From NCBI RefSeq assembly GCF_000196555.1, contig NC_015067.1, positions 90,001 through 122,000 of the forward strand: a DNA stretch of 32,000 nt, given 5' to 3'. Both the position numbers and the translations under genes were made by a program. Below, piece after piece: positions 1 to 9,074 of the stretch. The stretch is from Bifidobacterium longum subsp. longum JCM 1217. GTDB lineage: Bacteria > Actinomycetota > Actinomycetes > Actinomycetales > Bifidobacteriaceae. Numbering within the stretch: position 1 is the stretch's first letter; every line of letters starts with the position of its first letter. Below the pieces are notes generated by a model. That model saw nothing but the letters and a program-made list of their open reading frames with translations, did no database searches and was not told where the DNA came from.

Positions 1-44
1 GCGTGAGCTTACAAGGCGAGGAGCCTGGAGCGCGGGGGTGAAGG

Positions 45-1427
45 ATGAAGAACTCCGTTTGGAAAACGTTCATGGAATTGTCTCTGGTCCGCGGAATCGT
101 GCCGCGGACCGTGTTCGGACTGACCGCGATCGCGGCAATCATACTGATTATTGGGCTGGCATTGAGCAAGAGCAAGAAGCGCGGCCGCCTGCACCCGCTG
201 ATTGTCTCGCTGATTGCCGCCGTGCTCGCCGGCGCGGCTGGACTGCTGGTTGCATGGCTGGTGTCCGACGTGTTTATGGTGTTCGGCGTATCGCTGGGCT
301 GGCCGGTGATCTTCACCATCGCGGGCGGCATCGCCGGCGTCGGCTTCGTGATCGCCGCAGCCGTGACCCTGCGCGGGGTCCGCCGTGCGCTGGCCGTCGT
401 GCTGGTGCCGCTGGTGCTGCTGTCCACCGCGCTCGGCGTGGACTCGATTTACGGCGAATACCAGACCATCGGCACCCTCGTCGGCTACACGCCGTACGCC
501 TCGCTCGGCTCAATCGAGGTACACAAGGCCGCGATGAGTGTCAGCGACTGGCATAGCAAGGCGCGGAAGGGCAGCCTGCCGTCCATGCCCAGCCAAGGCA
601 AGGTGCTCACCGTCGACATTCCGAACGCCAAATCCAACTTCACGGCCCGCAAGGCGATGATCTACCTGCCGCCCGCCGCGCTGTCCGACCGTCCGCCGGC
701 CTTGCCGGTGATGGAGCTGTTGGCCGGGCAGCCCGGTAGCCCCAGTCGCCTCATCGACGCCGGCAACATCGCCGCCACGATGAATGCGTACGCCGCCAAA
801 CATGACGGGCTCGCGCCGATCGTGCTCGTGCCCGACCAGAACGGCGAGGCCACGCACAACAGCCTGTGCGCCGACACCACGCAAGGCAACGCCGAAACCT
901 ACCTCACCACAGACGTGGTGAACTGGGCCAAGAAGATGCTGCCCGTGGCCAAGTCGGCCCGCATGTGGGCGATGGGTGGGTTCTCGCAAGGCGGCACCTG
1001 CACCACGCAGCTCGTCCCGCGTCATCCCGAAATCTACGGCGCGATGTTGCCGGTGGACGGCGAACTCAAGCCGACCAACGGCAGCGTCGGCAAGATGGTC
1101 CAAGAGTATTTCGCCGGCGACCGCAAGGCATACGACGAACAGGTGCCGGTCAACGCCATCGCCTCCAGCGGCACATCTGAGCAGGCGCTGTTCACCGGTG
1201 CTGGCGAACGGGACAAGGAATCGATTAGCAACATGCGCACGATTGCCGCCGCCGCGCGCAAAGCCGGCATGGAGGTCACCGAGCTGATCGTGCCCGGCGC
1301 CGGCCACGACTGGCACGCGGTGCAGGCGGTCTGGCGGCCCGGTCTCGACTGGTTTGGCGAACGGACCGGCTTGGGCGAGATGGCGAAATCGTTGAAGGAG
1401 TACCCACAAGTGGAGGTGTTGCAATGA
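45..1427 (+). CDS. membrane-anchored alpha/beta-hydrolase of the 'putative esterase' (esterase D / mycolyltransferase-like) type
   Basis: 460-aa ORF. The N-terminal ~130 aa form several hydrophobic helices. The C-terminal domain has a nucleophile-elbow-like 'GGFSQGG' and a 'PGAGHDWH' histidine region. Its stop overlaps the next start (ATGA at 1424-1427). Confidence 0.8.
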   Translation: MKNSVWKTFMELSLVRGIVPRTVFGLTAIAAIILIIGLALSKSKKRGRLHPLIVSLIAAVLAGAAGLLVAWLVSDVFMVFGVSLGWPVIFTIAGGIAGVGFVIAAAVTLRGVRRALAVVLVPLVLLSTALGVDSIYGEYQTIGTLVGYTPYASLGSIEVHKAAMSVSDWHSKARKGSLPSMPSQGKVLTVDIPNAKSNFTARKAMIYLPPAALSDRPPALPVMELLAGQPGSPSRLIDAGNIAATMNAYAAKHDGLAPIVLVPDQNGEATHNSLCADTTQGNAETYLTTDVVNWAKKMLPVAKSARMWAMGGFSQGGTCTTQLVPRHPEIYGAMLPVDGELKPTNGSVGKMVQEYFAGDRKAYDEQVPVNAIASSGTSEQALFTGAGERDKESISNMRTIAAAARKAGMEVTELIVPGAGHDWHAVQAVWRPGLDWFGERTGLGEMAKSLKEYPQVEVLQ

Positions 1428-3997
1428 GCGAAGAATCGCGTAAGCACAACAGTCATGCGGCGGAAAGCTGGCGCGAACTGGCCGGCGACGTGCGACAGTG
1501 GGCGGACGGTCATCGACTGGCCATCACTGCCACGGTGGCGCTGGTGGTGCTGAACTTGGTGGTGTGGCTGGTGGTCGCGATGGCCGGATTCGCGTTCCCG
1601 CTGCGGCTCGACACCAGCATGGCCGAATTCGATTTCGGCAAACTCTTCTGCACGCTGTTCTTGGCGCGCGGCGTCATCCAGCTCATTCTTGATGCCGTGC
1701 TGTGGCTCGTCATGCTGTCAATCGCCGAGCCGTGGCTTGGCCGCGCACGTACCGTCGGCACCGCGCTCGCCTGCGCGCTCGGCGGCGTGATCGTGGGCCT
1801 GATCTTGTGTGCGGCGGCCGGATGGCTGTTCCAGGACTCCCAATTCGTCTCCCGCATGCAGTTCGCCCTGAGCCCGCTGGTGTTGCCGGTCGGCGCGCTT
1901 ATGGCGGCCAGCGCGTTCTGCAGCCATCTGTTGCGGCGGCGTATTCGGCTGATCGGCTACGTGGCGATTCTGGTCGCGCTGCTTTACAGCGGCAATCCTG
2001 GCGATTACTGCATTCTCGCCGCCGCGCTGATCGGACACGCGGTCGGCCGCGTGATGGCCGGGTCGCCCGCGCACGCCGAAACCGGATGGCACTGGCTGCG
2101 CAGCACCTCCTTCGAGGCGCGGCGCATGTTCGCGGCCATCGCCGTGGTGCTGGCGCTGGGGCCGGTCATCGCCATCACCTCGCATAATCACGCGGGGCCG
2201 CTCAGCACAGTCGGCCTGCTCATGAGTCCGGTCTCCGTCGACGACGGCACGCTCGCGCGCTGCCTGGCCGGCGCCACGCACAGCGGCTGCTTCCTGCAAT
2301 TCGACCTGATGCGCGCCTCGATGCCCGGCGCGGTACTGCGCTCGCTGCTGCCCACCGCCGTGACTCTGGTGCTGGCGTGGGGCCTGTATCGCGGACGTCG
2401 GTTCGCGGCCACCTGCGCCGTGGCCATCAACCTGTTCACGGCGGGCGTTGCCATCGCCTATTACCTGGTCGTGCCGCTGAGCTTTGCGCCGGATGGCATG
2501 ACCTCCCTGCTGCAGCACGGCGCGATCACCGCCTGCGTGACGAACACCTTGCCGCCGCTGATCTTCGCCATCGCCTTGGCTGCGGCAATGAAGCACTTCC
2601 CGATTCGCGTCGGCTGGCGCCGGCTGATCGGCGGCGTCGGTGCCATCGTGCTGGTTCTGCTGGCGTGCGCCGCCGTGTACCTGATGTACGGCATTGCCCA
2701 GCCGGACGCCTTCTCGCCGCGCGCCACGGCCTCGTCGCTGTTGGCCGAACTGCCGGGGCGCTTCCTGCCCATCGGCTTCCTGAGCCATATGAAGTTGTCG
2801 TTCGTGCCGCGTACCCCGATGGCCTCGATCGTGTATCAGGGCGTCGGCCTGGTGTTCTGGATCGTGGTGCTGGTCGTGGTGATCCGCTGGATGAGCGACG
2901 TGAGCGAATCGAACGAGCGGGCGCAGGCACGCGCCGAGCGGCTGGTCGAAACCGGCGGCGAATCGATGAGCTTCATGACTACGTGGGAAGGCAACAGCTA
3001 CTGGCTCTCGCCCACGGGCAAATCGGCCGTGGCATATCGCGTGCTCAACGGCATCGCCTTGACCTGCACCGGGCCGTTCGGCGAGCCCTCCGAGTGGATG
3101 GACGACCTGACCGGCTTCACCCAGTATTGCGTGGAGCGGTCGCTTTCGCCGGTGTTCTACAGCGTGCATCGCGAACAGCGCGACGCGTTGCTGGAGGTCG
3201 GCTGGAGCTCCATCGAGGTCGGCAGCGAAATGGTCGTGGACCCGCGCGGCTGGAAGACGACCGGCAAGAAATGGCAGGATGTGCGCACCGCCATCAACAA
3301 GGCCAAGCGCGACGGCGTGACCGATGTGCAGTCCACGTTCCTGGAAGCGTCGCTCGATGTGCGCGAGCAGATCGAGGACATCTCCGAGGAGTGGGCGCAG
3401 CTCAAGGCGCTGCCGGAAATGAAGTTCACGCTCGGCGGTGTCGAGGAACTGCGCGACCCGCGCGTGCGGCTGCTTTACGCCATCGACGCGGACGGGCGCG
3501 TGCTGGGCGTCACCAGCTGGCTGCCCACCTGGCGCGACGGGCGCATCGTCGGCTGGACGCTGGACTTCATGCGCCATCGCACCGACAGTCCCAACGGCAT
3601 TATGGAGTTCCTGATCGCGCGCATGGCCGAGCGCCTGCGCGACGAGGGGCTTGCGGATCCTGAGCATGCCGTGGAGTTCATGAGCCTGTCCGCGGCACCC
3701 TTGGCCGGCATGAACCCCGAGCGAGACAATGCCCGGGAAGGTGGGGTGGCGGCCGGCGAAGGCACGCAGGTGCTCCAACACGCGCTGCAGATCGTGGCCG
3801 ACTGGATGGAACCCGCCTACGGCTTCCACTCGCTGTTCAACTTCAAGCGCAAGTTCCAGCCCGCCGAAGCGCCGGTCTACGTGTGCTACCCGGACCCGGC
3901 GGCGTTGCCGCAGATCGGGCTCGCGGTGGTGCGCGCCTACGTGCCCAGCGTGACGCCCGCCGAAGTGGCCGGCATGCTCAGTACGCTGCGGTCGTGA
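1424..3997 (+). CDS. MprF-like aminoacyl-phosphatidylglycerol synthase (polytopic membrane N-terminus + DUF2156/LPG-synthase C-terminal domain)
   Basis: 857-aa ORF. About 480 aa are hydrophobic multi-pass region. The cytoplasmic C-terminal domain carries family-typical strings 'PEMKFTLGG', 'WTLDFMRHR', 'GIMEFLIARM' and 'HSLFNFKRKFQP'. It is translationally coupled to the upstream esterase. Confidence 0.8.
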   Translation: MSEESRKHNSHAAESWRELAGDVRQWADGHRLAITATVALVVLNLVVWLVVAMAGFAFPLRLDTSMAEFDFGKLFCTLFLARGVIQLILDAVLWLVMLSIAEPWLGRARTVGTALACALGGVIVGLILCAAAGWLFQDSQFVSRMQFALSPLVLPVGALMAASAFCSHLLRRRIRLIGYVAILVALLYSGNPGDYCILAAALIGHAVGRVMAGSPAHAETGWHWLRSTSFEARRMFAAIAVVLALGPVIAITSHNHAGPLSTVGLLMSPVSVDDGTLARCLAGATHSGCFLQFDLMRASMPGAVLRSLLPTAVTLVLAWGLYRGRRFAATCAVAINLFTAGVAIAYYLVVPLSFAPDGMTSLLQHGAITACVTNTLPPLIFAIALAAAMKHFPIRVGWRRLIGGVGAIVLVLLACAAVYLMYGIAQPDAFSPRATASSLLAELPGRFLPIGFLSHMKLSFVPRTPMASIVYQGVGLVFWIVVLVVVIRWMSDVSESNERAQARAERLVETGGESMSFMTTWEGNSYWLSPTGKSAVAYRVLNGIALTCTGPFGEPSEWMDDLTGFTQYCVERSLSPVFYSVHREQRDALLEVGWSSIEVGSEMVVDPRGWKTTGKKWQDVRTAINKAKRDGVTDVQSTFLEASLDVREQIEDISEEWAQLKALPEMKFTLGGVEELRDPRVRLLYAIDADGRVLGVTSWLPTWRDGRIVGWTLDFMRHRTDSPNGIMEFLIARMAERLRDEGLADPEHAVEFMSLSAAPLAGMNPERDNAREGGVAAGEGTQVLQHALQIVADWMEPAYGFHSLFNFKRKFQPAEAPVYVCYPDPAALPQIGLAVVRAYVPSVTPAEVAGMLSTLRS

Positions 3998-4045
3998 AGG
4001 TGTGCACACGGGTACGCAGGCTAGCCGATTCGAGCCTGAGACGGG

Positions 4046-4240
4046 GTATCTGCTTTCAGGAGGTACATTTGGCCTCTTGCGGACAGCTAACTGCCTTCAA
4101 AGAGATACCTAAACTCTGAAATCCCGAGTATGAGCGTTGCAATGACGGCGTTTGTACTCGGGGTTTCCCGTATTCAGTACCTCTTTGAACGGAGAAAGCA
4201 TTCTGCAGAAGCCCGAATGTACCTCTTTGAGCGGCGAAAG
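4046..4240. repeat. diverged copy of the ~190-nt imperfect-palindrome intergenic element (copy 1 of 3)
   Basis: The 5' arm 'ctttcaggaggtacatttggcc' pairs with the 3' arm 'gaatgtacctctttgagcgg'. An inner 'CCCGAGTA...TACTCGGG' pair is present. The segment is collinear with the better-conserved copies at 4274-4464 and 14982-15173. Confidence 0.55.
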
Positions 4241-4273
4241 CCCAGCGAGAAGGGCGCAGAAGGCGCTATCTCC

Positions 4274-4464
4274 GTTTCGAGGGGTTGATTTGGCCTCTCC
4301 GGGAGGTCTACTCCTGCTTCGAGGGGCTGATGGCCGAGTATTCACGCTCCAAAATCGGCGGAATGGCGTTGACGCGGATGGGCTTTTACATGCGGTCTAG
4401 CTGCCGACCAGCCCCCTTGAAACGGGAGTAGACCTCCTGCGAAGGCCGAATCAGCCCCTCGAAA
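4274..4464. repeat. ~190-nt imperfect-palindrome intergenic element (copy 2 of 3)
   Basis: Arm 4274-4295 'gtttcgaggggttgatttggcc' pairs with 4444-4464 'ggccgaatcagcccctcgaaa'. Segments 4302-4314 'ggaggtctactcc' and 4425-4437 'ggagtagacctcc' are exact reverse complements. The central motif 'ggcggaatggcgtt' lies at 4357-4370. Confidence 0.8.
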
Positions 4465-4524
4465 GCGGTTTTGCCGGTGCAGAGGTGTCGTTGACTGCAT
4501 CGCGAGCCGCCTCGACGTAGTAAC

Positions 4525-5508
4525 GTGGGGCGCATGAGCGAACGTAACGAACACAATGACGGAAATACGCAAACCGCATACTTCGCCGGCGGCTGCTTCT
4601 GGGGACTGGAGCGCTACTTCCAGAACGTCGACGGCGTCACGGACACCACGGTCGGCTACGCGCAATCCACCGTCGAATCGCCGACCTACGAGCAGGTATG
4701 CGCGGGCGGCACGGATGCGGCCGAAACCGTGAAAGTCGAGTTTAACCCGGCACAGGTCAGCCTGCGGACGCTGACATTACTGTTCCTGGAGGTCATTGAC
4801 CCGTTCTCCGTGGACCAGCAGGGCGAAGACCGCGGCCGGCAGTACCGCACTGGCATGTTCTACACGGACGAGACGCAGCGCGCCGTGTATGTGGCGGCCT
4901 TGGAGCAGCTGGTCGACCGCCAGCCGCAGCGCCCGGCCGTACTGGTCGAACCGCTGCGCAACTTCTACCCGGCCGAGGCACATCATCAGGACTATCTGGT
5001 GAACAATCCCGGCGGCTACTGCCATGTGCCGATCGCCGCAATCGCGAACGTAAAACGCCGTCAGAAGTACGTGGAACGCATCTGGGATCTGACGCTTGAG
5101 CAGTTCGCGGTCACACAGAACGCCGCTACCGAGCGCCCGTTCGTCAACGAGTATGACGAGGAGTTTGAGCCCGGCATTTACGTGGACATCGTCAGCGGCG
5201 AGCCGCTGTTCTCGTCGCGAGACAAGTTCGATTCCGGCTGCGGCTGGCCCGCGTTCTCTCGCCCGATTGCCGGTGACTTGCTGACCGAGCATGAGGACCA
5301 CCGCATTCCGGGCCGCGACCGCATCGAAGTGCGCACGTCGGACACACAGATTCACTTGGGCCACGTGTTCACCGACGGCCCGGCCGACCGCGGCGGCCTG
5401 CGCTACTGCATGAATTCCGCCGCCCTGCGCTTCGTGCCGCGCTCGCGCATGGCCGAGGAAGGATACGGCGACTGGATTTCGGTTGTGGATGGGGATGAGC
5501 AGGCATGA
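4525..5508 (+). CDS. msrAB: bifunctional peptide-methionine (S)/(R)-sulfoxide reductase MsrA-MsrB fusion
   Basis: 327-aa ORF. The N-terminal half carries the MsrA signature '[11 protein letters not shown]'. The C-terminal half carries MsrB 'GCGWPAF' and '[11 protein letters not shown]'. The start may be the ATG at 4534 instead of the GTG at 4525. Confidence 0.93.
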   Translation: MGRMSERNEHNDGNTQTAYFAGGCFWGLERYFQNVDGVTDTTVGYAQSTVESPTYEQVCAGGTDAAETVKVEFNPAQVSLRTLTLLFLEVIDPFSVDQQGEDRGRQYRTGMFYTDETQRAVYVAALEQLVDRQPQRPAVLVEPLRNFYPAEAHHQDYLVNNPGGYCHVPIAAIANVKRRQKYVERIWDLTLEQFAVTQNAATERPFVNEYDEEFEPGIYVDIVSGEPLFSSRDKFDSGCGWPAFSRPIAGDLLTEHEDHRIPGRDRIEVRTSDTQIHLGHVFTDGPADRGGLRYCMNSAALRFVPRSRMAEEGYGDWISVVDGDEQA

Positions 5509-5795
5509 GCATGGAGAATATTGCGGGCGCTCGCAAGCCCGCCAAGCGTGAGGATGAGCACACGGTCGCCGGCGAGCATCGCATGATGCGCCGCGCGTAA
5601 CCGTGGCATCGCCGCCACGTTCGTGTCGCATAATTGCTGCCCGGCCACGTCATAATTCGCCGTGCCGCGTGGGAGCGCTGTGGCGGCTACGACGAGTCGA
5701 TGCGCGGCGACGCCACCGCCAGTCAAGCCTTCATGGCCCACCCCACCTACGGCGACGGCGGAATGGCCGCCGCCGTACGGTTGAGGAGCTGATGG

Positions 5796-8700
5796 TCAGC
5801 CGGCTAAATGCCGATAGAGCTCTGGATCGATTGGCCGGGCCAAACGCAGGACCGACAGGGTGACCTTCACACTGCCCTGTCCGGTTGCGTCAGGCTTGGT
5901 GGTGAGCTGAGGATTCTCAAACGCAGCGACGTGGCCAACGTAGTAGTACTTGCCATCGGCCTCTTCCGCCTTGCGCATGACGAATAGCGGGACGAAATGT
6001 GTGTGGTCCCAATTCGGGCCAATGCCGCTAAGCGCCCATCGGAATTCCGGAGACTGCGGAGTGCGTCCGTTCTTGCTGAAGTATTTCATTTCCTGTGTGC
6101 TCAGGAATTCATCCTCGTATTGGCTGGCCGCGTATTTCACGAAGATGGGCATGGTGTTGGTTTCCTTGTCGAGCAGGTAACCACCCACGTTTTGCGGAGT
6201 GTTTTCCTTCTTCCATCCGCACAGGCGCATGACGTCAGCCATGGAATATTTGCGCTCGTACAAGAACATGTGGTCGAAGACCTGTTGCCTGGCGGCGGCC
6301 TCGCGGAACATATCTCGGCAATTGGCCATACCGGTGCGCAAAGTGTCCGCGAAGAAGATGCGGAACGTTCGGTTCGTGGCAAGTATGTCGGCGAATCTGC
6401 TGCTCAACCGATATGCGGTGTCGCTTCCTGTGCCGGTGCTGTTCAAGGTTTCGACCAATGGCTGGTTGCCAAAACGATTGCAGTTCGGGCCGGTGAAATA
6501 TGAATAATCGAGCACGCTGATCGCAGAGTCGAATTGCGCGTCTGAACCATCGGCCAGCGGGAATTCAGTACGAATCGCATCGAGCAGTTCGCTGCGGCCG
6601 ATTGACGAGCCCGCACTCCAATGCTGAGGTACGTCGTCGTCGAGCCGTTCGCTGACGAAATGGCATAGCTGAGCAAGAATGACCAATTCGTGCGGTCGCA
6701 ATCCGGGCAGCAGCAGCTCCGCTGCCATCTTGAGTATCGCGTCTTCAACGTCGGTCACCGGCTCCAACTGATCCTCAAATGTCGCTTCATGATGTTTGCC
6801 TTTGCCCAGGCTTTTTTCACGGGAACGCACGAAATCAAGATAGTTGCTGCGCTTCGATGCGATGGTATACGGCAGTGAGGGGTCGTAGTTATAGATGTCC
6901 GTAAGCATGGGGATGCGGCCCAGCTCGTAACGGACTTGGCGATACTGTTCGGACAGCTTTTTCATGTCGGACCAGTCGGCGGTGTCCAAAGACTTAAGGA
7001 TGCGCTCCTTGGCGATCGGGTCGAAACTGATGGACGACAGGCCGATTGACTTTCGCTGCAGGTTCTTGCGAGCCCTGTCGCGGTCGCCAGTGTTGCCGTA
7101 TAACGCCACCGGAATCAGATAGTTGTTGTTGTAATTGCCGATGAAATCGATAACCACAACGCTTTCTTTGTGAGGGAATTTGCGCAGTCCGCGCCCGAGC
7201 TGCTGCGTGAAGATAATGCTGGATTCGGTGCTGCGCAACATGACGATTTGGTTGACGGCGGGAATATCGACTCCCTCATTGAACATATCGACAGTGAAGA
7301 GATAGTCGAGTTCGCCTTCAGTGAGCTTGCGGACGTATTCGTCTCGCTGCGCTTGGGACACGGGCCTGCCGTCATCGTCCGTGCTGGTAACGGCAGCGGT
7401 GCGATAGGGGCGTTCATCTTGTTGATTCCACTGCTGGTTAAACAGCTGGGACAGCTTATGGGCTTCCTCCTGTCGGCTGCAGAACACGAGTCCGGTGACC
7501 GGAATGTTGAACTGCCCATATTCCTGCAACTTGTCAATGATGTAGCGGACTCGCTTTTCGGTGGCAAGCTGCTCGATCTCGTACTTGAGCTGTTTCGAGT
7601 CCTTCGCATCAAGACCCTTGGAGACATCGAGACGATGGGCGATTCCATTCGGATCGTCGTCGGAGCCAAGGTATTCCGCAACGCCGTAGTAGTGGAATGG
7701 ACAGAGCATGTTCTCGTCCAACGCCTTTTGCAAGCGAATTTCGTACGCGATGTTATGCCCGAATAGCTCGAAGATGTTGATGCCGTCGGTGCGCTCTGGC
7801 GTGGCGGTCATGCCGAGCATGAAGTCGGCATCTTTGAAATGATTGATGACGCGCTGATATCCTTCGGCTCCAGCGTGATGAACTTCGTCAACCAGAACGT
7901 AGTCGAATTCATCGGATTTGAATTGCGCCAAAACCTCCGGCTGCCGCATCGTCTGTACCGTGGCGAATACGTAGCGGCGGTCCTGTTGCTTGCTGGTGCC
8001 TGAATACAATCCCAATTCGGATTCATCACAGCCGAGCACCTTTTGGTAAGAGTTCATTGCGGTTTGAAGAATCATCTGCTGTTGGGCGATGTACAGCATG
8101 CGCTTCGGCTGGCATTCGCGTACGTCGAATGCGGAAAGGTACGTCTTTCCGGTGCCGGTGGCCGACACGATAATTGCGCGGTGCTCGCCTTGTTCACGAA
8201 GTTTCTTGAGATTCGCCAACGCCTCCTGTTGCATGGCGTTTGGCTGAATGTCATGCCCCTCAAACGACTGCAGAATCTCATGACGCGGTGGGGCGTATTT
8301 CTTGAAATCTTCCTCATACTGTTTGATCCACTCTTCGGTCAGCGGAACGGAATCGGCCACCTGTGAGTCGATTTCATCCTGGAACTGCCCGACCAGCTCT
8401 CCATCCGCCAGCGATGAGACTTTGAGATTCCATTCGCGTTGCGTGGTCAATGCGGCTCCAGTGAGATTGGAACTGCCAACGTACAGGTCGTAATAGGGCG
8501 TACCGTCTTTCATGCGGCGAGAAAAGATATATCCCTTTGGATGGAATGGCTGTCCTTGAGCCATTGCGGCCACTGAGGCATTGCGGGAGCCTTCCCACAC
8601 GCGAACGTCAACACCAGTGGTGTTCTGAAGATGCAGCAGCTCCCAGAATGCCCTGGGATCGTTGAAATGATTTTTCGTTGAGGTAATCAGTGTGCCCGCT

Positions 8701-9074
8701 CGGGTCGCTGTTTCATGGTGACTTCTGAAGTCTTCAAATAAGCTGAGCACGGCCTCAGCCGAGACGAATGCGACAGAAATGTCGAAGGAATCGCTAGTAG
8801 CCAAGGAATTGCCGATTTCCTCGCGCATGGTCAATCCACCGGGGCGATTTGCGATGAGGGTCGGCTTATATTCGCCGGGAGCATCTGAGCGCGGCTCGAT
8901 CAGACCTGAGATGACATCTTCGAGGATTGAGGGTGTCGGGCCAGGATCACTATGTTGCGTGTTGGCCGGAGAGCTTGAGGTGCTGGCCAGATTGATAGAC
9001 ATGTTGTCTTGTTCCCTTGCGATTCGAATTGTTTGTTGATGACTGCATGACTGCATGGCTGCGCTATGGCGCAT
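5796..9074 (-). CDS. PLD-family nuclease + SF2 (DEAH) helicase + C-terminal DUF3427 protein; SauUSI-like type IV modification-dependent restriction endonuclease architecture
   Basis: 1092-aa ORF. The single HKD motif is 'FHPKGYIF...YVGSSNLTGAAL'. Helicase motifs are I 'SATGTGKTY', II 'VLVDEVHHAG', III 'MTATPER' and VI 'QQLGRGLR'. The C-terminal ~200 aa ('FLYERKYSMADVMRLCGW...VGGY...PIFVKY...YYYVGHV') look like DUF3427. An alternative start is the ATG at 9002 (MSINLAS), preceded by AAGGGA. Confidence 0.85.
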   Translation of the reverse strand: MRHSAAMQSCSHQQTIRIAREQDNMSINLASTSSSPANTQHSDPGPTPSILEDVISGLIEPRSDAPGEYKPTLIANRPGGLTMREEIGNSLATSDSFDISVAFVSAEAVLSLFEDFRSHHETATRAGTLITSTKNHFNDPRAFWELLHLQNTTGVDVRVWEGSRNASVAAMAQGQPFHPKGYIFSRRMKDGTPYYDLYVGSSNLTGAALTTQREWNLKVSSLADGELVGQFQDEIDSQVADSVPLTEEWIKQYEEDFKKYAPPRHEILQSFEGHDIQPNAMQQEALANLKKLREQGEHRAIIVSATGTGKTYLSAFDVRECQPKRMLYIAQQQMILQTAMNSYQKVLGCDESELGLYSGTSKQQDRRYVFATVQTMRQPEVLAQFKSDEFDYVLVDEVHHAGAEGYQRVINHFKDADFMLGMTATPERTDGINIFELFGHNIAYEIRLQKALDENMLCPFHYYGVAEYLGSDDDPNGIAHRLDVSKGLDAKDSKQLKYEIEQLATEKRVRYIIDKLQEYGQFNIPVTGLVFCSRQEEAHKLSQLFNQQWNQQDERPYRTAAVTSTDDDGRPVSQAQRDEYVRKLTEGELDYLFTVDMFNEGVDIPAVNQIVMLRSTESSIIFTQQLGRGLRKFPHKESVVVIDFIGNYNNNYLIPVALYGNTGDRDRARKNLQRKSIGLSSISFDPIAKERILKSLDTADWSDMKKLSEQYRQVRYELGRIPMLTDIYNYDPSLPYTIASKRSNYLDFVRSREKSLGKGKHHEATFEDQLEPVTDVEDAILKMAAELLLPGLRPHELVILAQLCHFVSERLDDDVPQHWSAGSSIGRSELLDAIRTEFPLADGSDAQFDSAISVLDYSYFTGPNCNRFGNQPLVETLNSTGTGSDTAYRLSSRFADILATNRTFRIFFADTLRTGMANCRDMFREAAARQQVFDHMFLYERKYSMADVMRLCGWKKENTPQNVGGYLLDKETNTMPIFVKYAASQYEDEFLSTQEMKYFSKNGRTPQSPEFRWALSGIGPNWDHTHFVPLFVMRKAEEADGKYYYVGHVAAFENPQLTTKPDATGQGSVKVTLSVLRLARPIDPELYRHLAG

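Noticed and set aside
38-556. 172-aa ORF overlapping the start of the esterase gene in another frame
   Set aside because: The translation is R/A/G-rich, and it overlaps a frame that encodes coherent TM helices and a hydrolase domain.
1718-4009. 763-aa ORF on the minus strand
   Set aside because: It is entirely antisense to the MprF-like gene, whose product has clear family motifs. The translation is R/G/H/A-rich with no motifs, which is typical of open antisense frames in high-GC DNA.
5796-9074. Alternative calls for the large helicase-nuclease: type III restriction Res subunit, or a Mokosh-type (helicase + PLD) defence gene
   Set aside because: No adjacent Mod methyltransferase is present. 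The ATPase is SF2 DEAH/ResIII-like rather than the SF1 (COG1112-type) helicase I associate with Mokosh. The C-terminal DUF3427-like domain matches the SauUSI type IV layout instead.
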